Shown: positions 1-9,224 of the stretch, piece by piece | Numbering within the stretch: the stretch's first letter is position 1 | Layout of the letters: each line of letters starts with the position of its first letter | NCBI RefSeq assembly: GCF_000025945.1 | Contig: NC_006138.1 | Location: forward strand, 3,270,001 to 3,302,000 | Length of the DNA: 32,000 bases | Reading direction: 5' to 3' | Source of the DNA: Desulfotalea psychrophila LSv54 | GTDB taxonomy: Bacteria > Desulfobacterota > Desulfobulbia > Desulfobulbales > Desulfocapsaceae | Position numbers and translations under genes: made by a program | Notes under the pieces: generated by a model | What the model was told of the DNA's origin: nothing | The model's database searches: none | Seen by the model: only the letters and a program-made list of their open reading frames with translations

Positions 1-783
1 AACCCCTCGAGCGCCATCCACCCCAACATCCTCAAGCAGTTGATTATCAATGGCTATACGGGCAGCATCGATAGCACGATTCTCACCACTTGCACTACCC
101 ACTCCCATAATGGCAGGGCCCACTTCCTTCATAACGGTACGAAGATCCGCAAAATCAGCATTAATAAGACCAGGTACGTTAATGAGATTTGAAATACCCC
201 TTACTGCCTGAAGTAAGACGGTATCTGCCATAAGCAGCATATCCGCCAACTTACTCGTTTTTTGCCCAAGAGAAAGGAGTCGATCATTGGGAACAGTGAT
301 AATGGTATCCACATTGGCGCGCAATTCCTGCCAACCCTGCTCGGCATGCCTTGCCCGCACCTTACCCTCAAAGCTGAAGGGTTTGGTAACCACAGCCACG
401 GTAAGAGCACCCGCTTCCTTTGCTATCTTAGCAATTACAGGAGCGGCCCCTGTCCCTGTTCCACCACCAAGGCCTGCTGCCACAAAAACCATGTCGCATC
501 CCTCAACGGCAGCCTTCAAATCTTCGAGTGATTCAAGAGCGGCAAGTTTACCTGTTTCAGGATCAGCACCGGCGCCAAGCCCTTTAGTAATACCAGGACC
601 CATCTGCAACACGACATCTGCCATCGATTCCTGAAGTGCTTGCAAATCGGTATTGACCGAGATAAACTGCACCCCCTGCAAACCATTGCGCACCATACTG
701 TTAATGGCATTACCACCACCACCACCAACGCCAAAAACCTTGATAACAGCAATACCTGTCTGCTCAGCAATTCTGAACGCCAT
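1..783 (-). CDS. ftsZ: Cell division protein FtsZ, C-terminus truncated by window edge
   Basis: Reading the minus strand from ATG at 783 (RBS-like GGGGAGGAG upstream) gives MAFRIAEQTGIAVIKVFGVGGGGGNAINSM... with the tubulin signature GGGTGTGAAPVIA. Last gene of the dcw cluster after ftsA. Absent from the ORF track because no stop lies in the window. Confidence 0.97.
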   Translation of the reverse strand, partial: MAFRIAEQTGIAVIKVFGVGGGGGNAINSMVRNGLQGVQFISVNTDLQALQESMADVVLQMGPGITKGLGAGADPETGKLAALESLEDLKAAVEGCDMVFVAAGLGGGTGTGAAPVIAKIAKEAGALTVAVVTKPFSFEGKVRARHAEQGWQELRANVDTIITVPNDRLLSLGQKTSKLADMLLMADTVLLQAVRGISNLINVPGLINADFADLRTVMKEVGPAIMGVGSASGENRAIDAARIAIDNQLLEDVGVDGARGV

Positions 784-898
784 GTTCTCCTCCCCATCTC
801 ATTATTACTCTTGCTGTTATACTGCAAAAATCTTTCATCTAATGTTATTATAACTATACTATGGTAGCAAAAAGGCACTATAAACAAAAGTCTAGATT

Positions 899-2242
899 TT
901 ACATAATATTTTTGAAAAATCGACATATTTTAGTAAAAACTGAATGATCAACCAATCCCTTTCCCTGATGCTCTTCCCGACCAAAAAGAACCAAACCCAC
1001 GGCCGTCGTGCAACGGGGTGTATAAACATTTTCAACACGACCTGTAAGGCCTTCTGGATAGCCTACACGCACAGGTAAATCAAAAATTTGTTCGGCAAGG
1101 TCGGCAATATTAGGCAAGAGGGCAGTTCCCCCTGTAAGGACAATGCCATGACCAATATTCGTCTTCTGCCCAGACTCTATAAGCGCCTCGTCGACCATCT
1201 CCAAGATCTCTTTCGTCCGCGCCTCAAGTATTTCAACCAAAAATTTTTGAGGTGTTTTCACAGGATTTTTATCGCCACGCTTAGGTACTTCGACAACATA
1301 ATTCGATTTTACAACAGAGGCTATAGCGCCACCGTAATTTTCTTTAAGCCACTCAGCATCCCCTAGGGAGGTCAAGAGACCAACAGAAATATCATTGGTA
1401 AGATTATGGCCACCAAAATTTATCTGGCTGGTCTGACGAACAGTTCCCCCATGAAAAACTGCAGTGTCAGTGGTTCCCCCCCCAATATCAACGAGGGCAA
1501 CCCCATTCTCTTTTTCCTCACGGGTAAGGACGGCATGGGCAGAGGCCACGGATTCCAGAACCAAGCTTGCCACCTTCACCCCCGCCTTCTCGCAACAGGT
1601 AACAAGGTTATGAATAGCACCGACATCAGCAGTCACAATATGCACATTTGTCGCCAACCGCACTCCGGTCATCCCCACGGGATTTTGAATACCAACATTA
1701 TCATCCACCATATACTCCTGGGGCAGTACATGGATTATATTCTGATTTTGGGAAATTTTTACCGTCTGAGCAGCCCTACGAACCGCCTCTAAATCAGACT
1801 TTTTAATCTCACGATCATTAATAGCAACAATACCCGGGCTGTTGAAACCCTTTATATGATCCCCGGCAATACCAACATAGGCAGGAACATTTTTCAGCTC
1901 ATAGTCTGAAGATTCTTCAGCAAGCCTCAGAGCCTTTTGAATAGATTGAACGGTGCTTTCAATATTATAGACAACACCTTTTTTCAAGCCCGAAGAGGGC
2001 ACCGTTCCAACCCCAAGAATATACAGAGAATCATCTAGCAACTCACCGACAACACAACATATTTTTGTTGTGCCTATATCAAGGCCAATAACAATTTCAC
2101 CCAGATCCCGATCTTCTCTTATCTCGGACGGATGAGTCTCTCTCTTTTTAATCTCCAACTCCCCGAAACTCTCCTGCTGCTCAGCCATTTCAGGTTCAGC
2201 CTCTAGGGATATATTCTCTTTTTTTTCTCTCATTTGTCTCAA
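899..2242 (-). CDS. ftsA: Cell division protein FtsA
   Basis: Actin-like ATPase motifs (IVIGLDIGTTKICCVVGE, ALVDIGGGTTDTAVF, GIVLTGGTALLPNI) and a C-terminal amphipathic tail FTKICRFFKNIM. Located between ftsQ and ftsZ. The annotated start is TTG overlapping the ftsQ stop; an internal start is possible. Confidence 0.96.
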   Translation of the reverse strand: MRQMREKKENISLEAEPEMAEQQESFGELEIKKRETHPSEIREDRDLGEIVIGLDIGTTKICCVVGELLDDSLYILGVGTVPSSGLKKGVVYNIESTVQSIQKALRLAEESSDYELKNVPAYVGIAGDHIKGFNSPGIVAINDREIKKSDLEAVRRAAQTVKISQNQNIIHVLPQEYMVDDNVGIQNPVGMTGVRLATNVHIVTADVGAIHNLVTCCEKAGVKVASLVLESVASAHAVLTREEKENGVALVDIGGGTTDTAVFHGGTVRQTSQINFGGHNLTNDISVGLLTSLGDAEWLKENYGGAIASVVKSNYVVEVPKRGDKNPVKTPQKFLVEILEARTKEILEMVDEALIESGQKTNIGHGIVLTGGTALLPNIADLAEQIFDLPVRVGYPEGLTGRVENVYTPRCTTAVGLVLFGREEHQGKGLVDHSVFTKICRFFKNIM

Positions 2243-3234
2243 CTCGATTCACTCTCTGCGACCAAAACACGGTCTTTCATATAATCCAGCTGTATATAGC
2301 CTATTTTTGCAATTGAGTTTCTGCGCGGATGATTATAAATGTCTGCCAAAATTCTCACTAAGTATTTATACGCTTTTCCAACGCTTGTACTTCCAATATA
2401 GATGGGAAAGGAGTAATCAACAAGAAACAAAGTCAACTCTCCCTGTTCATCTACATAAATTTCTGAAATAGCATGCACTGGCAAATTTGGATTATTGTGC
2501 ACGACCTTGTCCATAAAGAGCACCACATTTTTAAGGGCTTGCTCAAAGGCCTCATCTTCAAGCAGATGAATACCTGTTATAATGGGAAAGTCTAAACTAT
2601 CTCCACTCCTTGGTGAAGAGAATATATCGCCGGACTTACTCAAATAAAAAAAAGTTTCTTTTTCACCCGGAGTATGAACAAGGGCAACCGGCACCTGCTC
2701 CTTAATTCTTATATTTACCGTCGATGGCCAATCAAAACTAACCGAGGCCTTCTCCACCCAAATAAGATCTTCAAGCCTCGCTGCCACAACGTCGGCATCC
2801 ACAGAGAACAGGCTATTTTGATAACGAAGAATACCTGTCTGCCGATATAAATCTGCAGATGACATTCGATGTTGGCCGGAAAATTTAACCTCCTCCACTC
2901 GAAAATAAGGTATCTTTCCAAGCAACCTGCCCACGGTATGAGGGTCACTGCATAAAAATATTACCGCCAAAAGAGAACAGGTCAAAAGGCCTACGACACA
3001 TTTTTGTATCGGTGAGAAGAGTTGTCGTTTTACAGAACAGGAGCAACTCCTCATCCGTAGCATCCCCCTAAAATGATCAAATAGACCACGACAAATATTT
3101 TGCAAAATCGTCCTCTTGGTGGAGGTCAAACGATTATTGTTAAAAGAAAAGCTAAAGGCAAAGGGATCCCCCTTCTCTTTTTTTCGAGAACGCACAAACC
3201 TCAATATGCCTGTTTTTATCTTTTTCATATCCAC
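2239..3234 (-). CDS. ftsQ: Cell division protein FtsQ (POTRA domain)
   Basis: Single N-terminal transmembrane segment (CVVGLLTCSLLAVIFLC) followed by POTRA-like sequence (FRVEEVKFSGQHRMSSADLYRQTGI); dcw synteny. Confidence 0.9.
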   Translation of the reverse strand: MDMKKIKTGILRFVRSRKKEKGDPFAFSFSFNNNRLTSTKRTILQNICRGLFDHFRGMLRMRSCSCSVKRQLFSPIQKCVVGLLTCSLLAVIFLCSDPHTVGRLLGKIPYFRVEEVKFSGQHRMSSADLYRQTGILRYQNSLFSVDADVVAARLEDLIWVEKASVSFDWPSTVNIRIKEQVPVALVHTPGEKETFFYLSKSGDIFSSPRSGDSLDFPIITGIHLLEDEAFEQALKNVVLFMDKVVHNNPNLPVHAISEIYVDEQGELTLFLVDYSFPIYIGSTSVGKAYKYLVRILADIYNHPRRNSIAKIGYIQLDYMKDRVLVAESESS

Positions 3235-3239
3235 AATAA

Positions 3240-4160
3240 TTAAATAAAATGCACCTCCGGTTGAAGACTTATCCCTGTCTCACGAAAGACAGTGCCCTGA
3301 ACCTCTTTCATCAAATTCCTGATGTCAGCCGATGTGCCACCACCTGTATTAACCACAAAATTGGCATGCTCAGGAGAAACCATCACCTTACCAAAGGTTA
3401 ACCCTTTCAAACCACAGGAGTCAATAAGTCTGCCTGCACTCTCACCCACCGGATTTTTAAAAAAAGAGCCAGCATTGGGCTGTTTTATCGGCTGAGCCAA
3501 GCGGCGTTTAGCCATAACACTATCACAGTGAGACTTTACGACCTCCTGCCCCACAGGTCTGAGAAGAAAACGCGCCGACAAGATCACAGCATTAGGCCAC
3601 CTCTCTTCATAATCCTGCCAGGCTCGATGGGAGAAGTTCATCTCCGCCGAAGAGATATCGACAATTCCATCTGCGCTCAAAAGGCTTACCCCAAGCAGGA
3701 CATCTGAAATTTCACCACCCCAGGCGCCGGCATTCATGATAACCGCTCCACCCAAGGTACCCGGAATACCATACATAAATTCAAGACCAGACAGTCCCCG
3801 CTCCTGACAGCTCTTACAGAGACGAGACAGGCTTATACCTGCACCAACCGTAGCTGCAACAGTCTTTCCCGTTGGCGGACAGATACTGATGGTGGCAAAA
3901 TCCCCCTTAAGCAGGATAATAACACCAATATAACCCTCGTCAGCCACAACGAGATTTGTCCCCCGTCCTATGACCCGCCAGGCAATATCCTCTGCTCGTA
4001 AAAATTGCACCACCTCAGCCAGTTCTTCCTCGTTCACCACCTGAACCAGGGCCCTTGCAGGTCCACCTATAGCAAAGGAGGTATGCAGGGCAAGAGATCT
4101 CTCCCATTGCACGGGAGTCAAAACCAAACGGGATAAAGCTCTCTTTTTTTCCTCTTTCAT
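3240..4160 (-). CDS. murB: UDP-N-acetylenolpyruvoylglucosamine reductase
   Basis: FAD-binding motifs [40 protein letters not shown] and NAGSFFKNP; dcw synteny. Confidence 0.96.
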
Positions 4161-4191
4161 ACCAACCTATAAGATATAATTACCAAAACCA

Positions 4192-5571
4192 TTACTCCTG
4201 ACCAAGTAGTTGACATATTTCTTCTCCCGCCTGGACAATATTTCCCGCCCCCAGAGTCACAACAAGATCGCCCTCTCGCAGATTAGGCATCACCTCCGTC
4301 GCAAGAGATGCAATTTCAGGGATATGTCGGGTATAGCGCTGCCCATGGGCCTTAATAGCCTCGAGTAATATTTCTGTGCTGACCCCCTCTATAGGACTCT
4401 CGCTTGCCTCATAAATATCTGTCATAATAAGACAATCAGCCTGATGAAAACAGGTTTTAAACTCCTCAAACAGGGCCTGGGTTCGAGAGTAGCGATGGGG
4501 TTGAAAGAGGACAACCAATCGTTTTTCCGGCCAGGTCTCCTTAATTGCCTTAAGGCTGGCCCGTATTTCTGTCGGATGATGAGCGTAATCATCAATAACA
4601 GTAATCCCCTTCCCCTCTCCCTTATGCTGCATTCTACGCTGAACACCGCCAAAAGAGGCAAGAGCCGTAGCAATTTTCCCAAAAGGAATCTCAAGCTCAA
4701 GCCCTATGGCAACAGCGGCAAGGGCATTGTAGACATTATGGGTTCCAGAGGGAAAGACAGATATTTCGCCCAAAACTTCACCTGCAGCACGTACCCTAAA
4801 AGTGGAACGACCAGCGGCAAAGCGTAGATTGTCCGCTGAGACATCGGCCTGCGGAGTAAGCCCATAGGTAATCAGTCGTTTTTGTACCTGAGGCAGAATG
4901 GCTGCCACATTTTCATCATCGAGACAGACAATTGCAGCACCATAAAAAGGTATCTTATCGATGAAACTTAAAAAAGTCTCTTTTATATGCTCAATATCAG
5001 TATAATAATCGAGATGTTCAAGATCTATATTGGTAACAACCTCAAGGACGGGGGAGAGCTTTAAAAAAGAGCCATCACTCTCGTCGGCCTCAGCCACCAA
5101 AAAGTCACCCTCGCCCAACTTGGCATTTCCGCCAAAACTATCCACCTTACCGCCCACCACAATGGTAGGATCAAAACCCGTCTGGGAAAGAAGACAGCCT
5201 ATCAGGGAGGTCGTTGAGGTCTTACCATGGCTGCCTGCCACGGCAATACCAAATGTCTTCAGGCGCATAAGTTCAGCAAGCATCTCAGCCCGGGGGATAA
5301 CGGGAATCTTATCCTCTCTTGCCTGCACCACCTCGGGATTATCTTCGGCCACGGCAGAAGAGGTAACCACCACACTGGCCCCGGCACATGAGGCGGCCTG
5401 ATGCCCCTCATAAATAGTAGCGCCCAAATCCTGAAGACGTTTGGTGGTGGCCGAACTGCGCAGGTCGGAGCCGGAAACAGAATACCCCAAATGAAGTAGC
5501 AACTCTGCTATACCGCTCATACCAATGCCACCAATGCCCACAAAATGAATATGATGATTTTCTCTATACAT
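4192..5571 (-). CDS. murC: UDP-N-acetylmuramate--L-alanine ligase
   Basis: HFVGIGGIGMSGIAELL N-terminal motif, P-loop VAGSHGKTSTTSLIG, and DDYAHHPTEI. Confidence 0.97.
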   Translation of the reverse strand: MYRENHHIHFVGIGGIGMSGIAELLLHLGYSVSGSDLRSSATTKRLQDLGATIYEGHQAASCAGASVVVTSSAVAEDNPEVVQAREDKIPVIPRAEMLAELMRLKTFGIAVAGSHGKTSTTSLIGCLLSQTGFDPTIVVGGKVDSFGGNAKLGEGDFLVAEADESDGSFLKLSPVLEVVTNIDLEHLDYYTDIEHIKETFLSFIDKIPFYGAAIVCLDDENVAAILPQVQKRLITYGLTPQADVSADNLRFAAGRSTFRVRAAGEVLGEISVFPSGTHNVYNALAAVAIGLELEIPFGKIATALASFGGVQRRMQHKGEGKGITVIDDYAHHPTEIRASLKAIKETWPEKRLVVLFQPHRYSRTQALFEEFKTCFHQADCLIMTDIYEASESPIEGVSTEILLEAIKAHGQRYTRHIPEIASLATEVMPNLREGDLVVTLGAGNIVQAGEEICQLLGQE

Positions 5572-5575
5572 AGCT

Positions 5576-6685
5576 CTATAACTCGTCTCTGTTAATTAAT
5601 TGCCTGCATACCGCCACAATTTTACCAGCGGCATCGGTAGGAGCAAGCCTGCGTTGATTAAACTCCATTCTTTCTCGCTGTTCCCTGTTCGTTGCAATAG
5701 AAATAACTGCCTCAACAAGTTGCGGAGCTGTAAGCTCACTCTCCTTAAAGAGGAGAGCACCACCACCCTGAACATAATACTCAGCATTCTTCTGTTGGTG
5801 ATTATCTGCTGCAAAGGGATAGGGCACAAGAATCACCGGTTTACCCAAGGTGGCAAGCTCTGCCAGGGTGGTTGCCCCGGCCCGGGAAACCAAAATATCC
5901 GCCTGTGAATAGACGGCATCCATATCTTTAAAAAAGGGTTCTACCCAGACGTCCCTACCCGCATCCCCATAGGCCTGTTTTACCCAGGCAAGATCCTTTG
6001 TCCCCGTCTGATGAATGAGATTTATCCCGGCGAGCGACTCACTGCCTACACCAACAAAAGCCTCAACAATAAGACGATTGAGACTCCTTGCCCCCTGGCT
6101 ACCACCAAGCACCAATAGGGTCACGCCCTCCTTCACCTCTCTTGCCTTAGCAGCAAGGGCAACAAGATTTTCTCTTACCGGATTACCGGTAAAGACAACC
6201 TTGTCGGCAGGAAAACAGGAGGCACTGGCGGGCAGAGAGACACATACCCTGTCCACCAATTTAGCCAGTTTTCTATTGGCAAGGCCCGGCACTGAATTTT
6301 GCTCATGGATAAGGGTGGGACGACGACATAACTTGGCCATGGCAACCACGGGGCCAGTCACATAACCACCGACCCCAAGGACAAGATCCGGACGAAAACG
6401 GGCCAGAATGAAGAGAGCCTGCAGGCAGGATATTGGCAAGACAAGCAGGGCCTTTACAAGCTCCCGCATATTTTTTCCCTTCAATCCATAACTATTAATG
6501 GCAACGCCTTTAAAACCATAACGTTCCAAAGTCTCTGCATCCATCTTTCTCTTGGTTCCGACAAAGAGCACCTCGGCCCCGGGATATTCCCGACAAAACT
6601 GTTGGGCAGCGGCAATTGCTGGAAAGAGATGTCCTCCGGTGCCCCCACCTGTTAAAAGAATTCTTTTGCGTCTGGTCTCTTTCAT
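5576..6685 (-). CDS. murG: Undecaprenyldiphospho-muramoylpentapeptide beta-N-acetylglucosaminyltransferase
   Basis: LLTGGGTGGHLFPAIAAA, HEQNSVPGLANR, FTGNPVRENL, SRAGATTLAEL. Confidence 0.97.
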   Translation of the reverse strand: MKETRRKRILLTGGGTGGHLFPAIAAAQQFCREYPGAEVLFVGTKRKMDAETLERYGFKGVAINSYGLKGKNMRELVKALLVLPISCLQALFILARFRPDLVLGVGGYVTGPVVAMAKLCRRPTLIHEQNSVPGLANRKLAKLVDRVCVSLPASASCFPADKVVFTGNPVRENLVALAAKAREVKEGVTLLVLGGSQGARSLNRLIVEAFVGVGSESLAGINLIHQTGTKDLAWVKQAYGDAGRDVWVEPFFKDMDAVYSQADILVSRAGATTLAELATLGKPVILVPYPFAADNHQQKNAEYYVQGGGALLFKESELTAPQLVEAVISIATNREQRERMEFNQRRLAPTDAAGKIVAVCRQLINRDEL

Positions 6686-6703
6686 AATGGGTTTTCTCTG
6701 ATT

Positions 6704-8074
6704 TTATTTGGATCCAACATCTTGTAATTGCAAAACCTGCCGACGAAATTGCTCGCCCCTGTCCTGATAGTTGGCAAACATATCAAAGCTTGCACAGGCA
6801 GGAGACAAGAGGACACTATCTCCCTCCTCGGCAAACGAAGCGGCAAGGGATACTGCCTCGGCAAGAGAGGTGGCCCGATAAACTTGCACCACATCCTCCA
6901 GGGCCGCAACCAGCAGAGGCGTCGCCTCACCAATACAGATAAGTGTACGAACATGACCCGCCACAGCTTCCCGCAACAGTCTATAATTATCACCCTTATC
7001 ACGCCCGCCGGCAATGAGTATTACTCGCACCAGCTGCTGCAGGGCGCTTATAACCGCACCGGTATTTGTTGCCTTGGAGTCATTATAATATTGAACCCCT
7101 GCAATACTGGCCACAGGTTCCATCCGATGGGCATCAAGGGTAAAGGCCGCAATGCCCCTCTCTATATCTGCCTTTGCACAGGCAAGCGAACGGGCAATAA
7201 AGGCTGCCGGGGCAGCATTGAGCCAGCCCGTTCTATTATCAAGGGCACTGTCTCGCAGAGAATAAATTTCACGCTGACCAGCAAAGTCAAATTCAAAGTG
7301 GCCAGCAGCGACGGAAATATCACTGGCAGCTGAGAAACCAAAGAGATACCTGCTCGCCTCTCCGCAACCATCGCTGAGCAGGCAGAGGGGATCATCACCG
7401 CTAACGATGGCAATATCGGTCATGCCCTGCTTCTGGAAAAGATGCATTTTAGCTGCCCGATAGCCTGCCAGATCCCCGTGCCGATCAAGGTGATCAGGAC
7501 TCAGATTGAGAAGCAGGGCAATATGGGGTGAAAAATCTCCGGCAAGCTCCAGCTGAAAGCTCGACACCTCAAGCACTATCACATCCACCTCATCACCTGA
7601 GCTCAGCAGATCCAAGAGCGGCACCCCGATATTACCACCGACAAATACCCTCTTACCTGAGGCTCGCAAAAGATCGCCCACAAGTGAGGTAACCGTGGTC
7701 TTGCCATTAGTCCCTGTAATGGCCACAACGGGCCGATCAAGAACCGGAGCCGCCAGGGCAAGTTCTCCAAGCACCTGCACCCCCGCTCTCCGTAATCGCG
7801 CCAGGAGTTCACCGTCAGCAAAGCCCGGGCTGACAAAAATAACATCCGCCTGCGACAAAAACTGAAAAGTATGTCCACCGGCCTCATAATCAACGACTAC
7901 ATCTCCTGCCAGGGCAACCAACTGGGCAAGTAGCGCCTCTTCATCTCTCCTATCAGAGACAAGAAGATGAGCCCCGAAACCGAGGGCATAGCGCAGGGCA
8001 GCCTTGCCTGAAACACCAAGGCCAATGATGGCAAAGGTGGTGTGGGCATCTATATAGGGATTTTTTTTCAACAT
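6704..8074 (-). CDS. murD: UDP-N-acetylmuramoylalanine--D-glutamate ligase
   Basis: FAIIGLGVSGKAALRYAL, P-loop AITGTNGKTTVTSLVG, YNDSKATNTGAVISAL, LIAGGRDKG. Confidence 0.96.
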   Translation of the reverse strand: MLKKNPYIDAHTTFAIIGLGVSGKAALRYALGFGAHLLVSDRRDEEALLAQLVALAGDVVVDYEAGGHTFQFLSQADVIFVSPGFADGELLARLRRAGVQVLGELALAAPVLDRPVVAITGTNGKTTVTSLVGDLLRASGKRVFVGGNIGVPLLDLLSSGDEVDVIVLEVSSFQLELAGDFSPHIALLLNLSPDHLDRHGDLAGYRAAKMHLFQKQGMTDIAIVSGDDPLCLLSDGCGEASRYLFGFSAASDISVAAGHFEFDFAGQREIYSLRDSALDNRTGWLNAAPAAFIARSLACAKADIERGIAAFTLDAHRMEPVASIAGVQYYNDSKATNTGAVISALQQLVRVILIAGGRDKGDNYRLLREAVAGHVRTLICIGEATPLLVAALEDVVQVYRATSLAEAVSLAASFAEEGDSVLLSPACASFDMFANYQDRGEQFRRQVLQLQDVGSK

Positions 8075-8086
8075 CGAACTGTCCTC

Positions 8087-9166
8087 TTAGCGTAACTTCA
8101 GGGTTGCAATGGCAAAAAGTCCCAGAATTATTGAGACAATCCAAAAACGGACAACAACCTTAGGCTCTGACCAACCCTTTTTTTCAAAATGGTGATGAAA
8201 GGGGGCCATTAAAAATATCCGTTTTCCCTTGCTCATTCGAAAATAGCCCACCTGAAGCATGACCGACAGGGCCTCCATGACAAAAACCCCACCGACAATA
8301 GCCAGCAAAAATTCTTGCTTAATGATAATAGCAATAGAACCAAGAGCACCACCAAGGGCAAGAGAGCCAACATCTCCCATGAACATCTGAGCCGGATGGG
8401 CATTAAACCACAAAAATCCCAAACAGGCACCAAAGAGTGTGCCACAAAAGATAGCCAATTCGCCACTACCGGCGACATAGGGAATATGTAAATAATTTGC
8501 TAAAACAACATTACCGGCAAGATAGGCGAAGAGCAGATAAACAGCAGAAGAGACCACCATAGGCCCTGCGGCCAGGCCATCAAGACCGTCTGTTAAATTC
8601 ACCGCATTGGAGGCACCGACTATAACGATGACGGCAAAAACAATATAAAACCAACCTAAATCAGGTTGAACATTTTTCATAAAGGGAATGCTCAGTTGAC
8701 CATCATAACCGGGATGCAGATAAACAAAAAAACCCACGATAAGCGCTCCCGCTATCTGCAAGAGCAACTTACCCTTGGCGCTCAGCCCCTCACTTGTCTT
8801 CTTTGATATCTTCTTATAATCATCATAGGCGCCAATCATACCAAAAAAGAGCGTCACCAGAAGAACAAGCCAAATAAGCGGATTATCAAGACGAGCCCAA
8901 AGCAGGGTAGAGACAGTGACCGACAAAAGAATAAGCAACCCTCCCATGGTGGGCACCCCTTTCTTTTTAAAATGCGTTTCCGGTCCATCCTCTCGGACGA
9001 CTTGGCCAATCTGCAGGCGTTGCATGGTACGAATAAAAAGTGGCCCTAGAAAAAGCACCAACAAAAAGGCACAAACCGCCGCCCCAATAGAACGAAGGGT
9101 AATATAGCGAAAGACATTAAAGCCCGCAAAGGCTGTATGAAGCGGATAGAGGAGGTGGTAAAACAT
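8087..9166 (-). CDS. mraY: Phospho-N-acetylmuramoyl-pentapeptide-transferase
   Basis: Polytopic membrane protein with FKKKGVPTMGGLLI, NAVNLTDGLDGLA, NAHPAQMFMGDVGSLALGGALG and MAPFHHHFEKKGW. Confidence 0.98.
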   Translation of the reverse strand: MFYHLLYPLHTAFAGFNVFRYITLRSIGAAVCAFLLVLFLGPLFIRTMQRLQIGQVVREDGPETHFKKKGVPTMGGLLILLSVTVSTLLWARLDNPLIWLVLLVTLFFGMIGAYDDYKKISKKTSEGLSAKGKLLLQIAGALIVGFFVYLHPGYDGQLSIPFMKNVQPDLGWFYIVFAVIVIVGASNAVNLTDGLDGLAAGPMVVSSAVYLLFAYLAGNVVLANYLHIPYVAGSGELAIFCGTLFGACLGFLWFNAHPAQMFMGDVGSLALGGALGSIAIIIKQEFLLAIVGGVFVMEALSVMLQVGYFRMSKGKRIFLMAPFHHHFEKKGWSEPKVVVRFWIVSIILGLFAIATLKLR

Positions 9167-9224
9167 TTTTTTTATTCGTTCCTGTTACAAAGGATTAAAA
9201 GTAGAGCAAGGGGATTCTTTCCCC

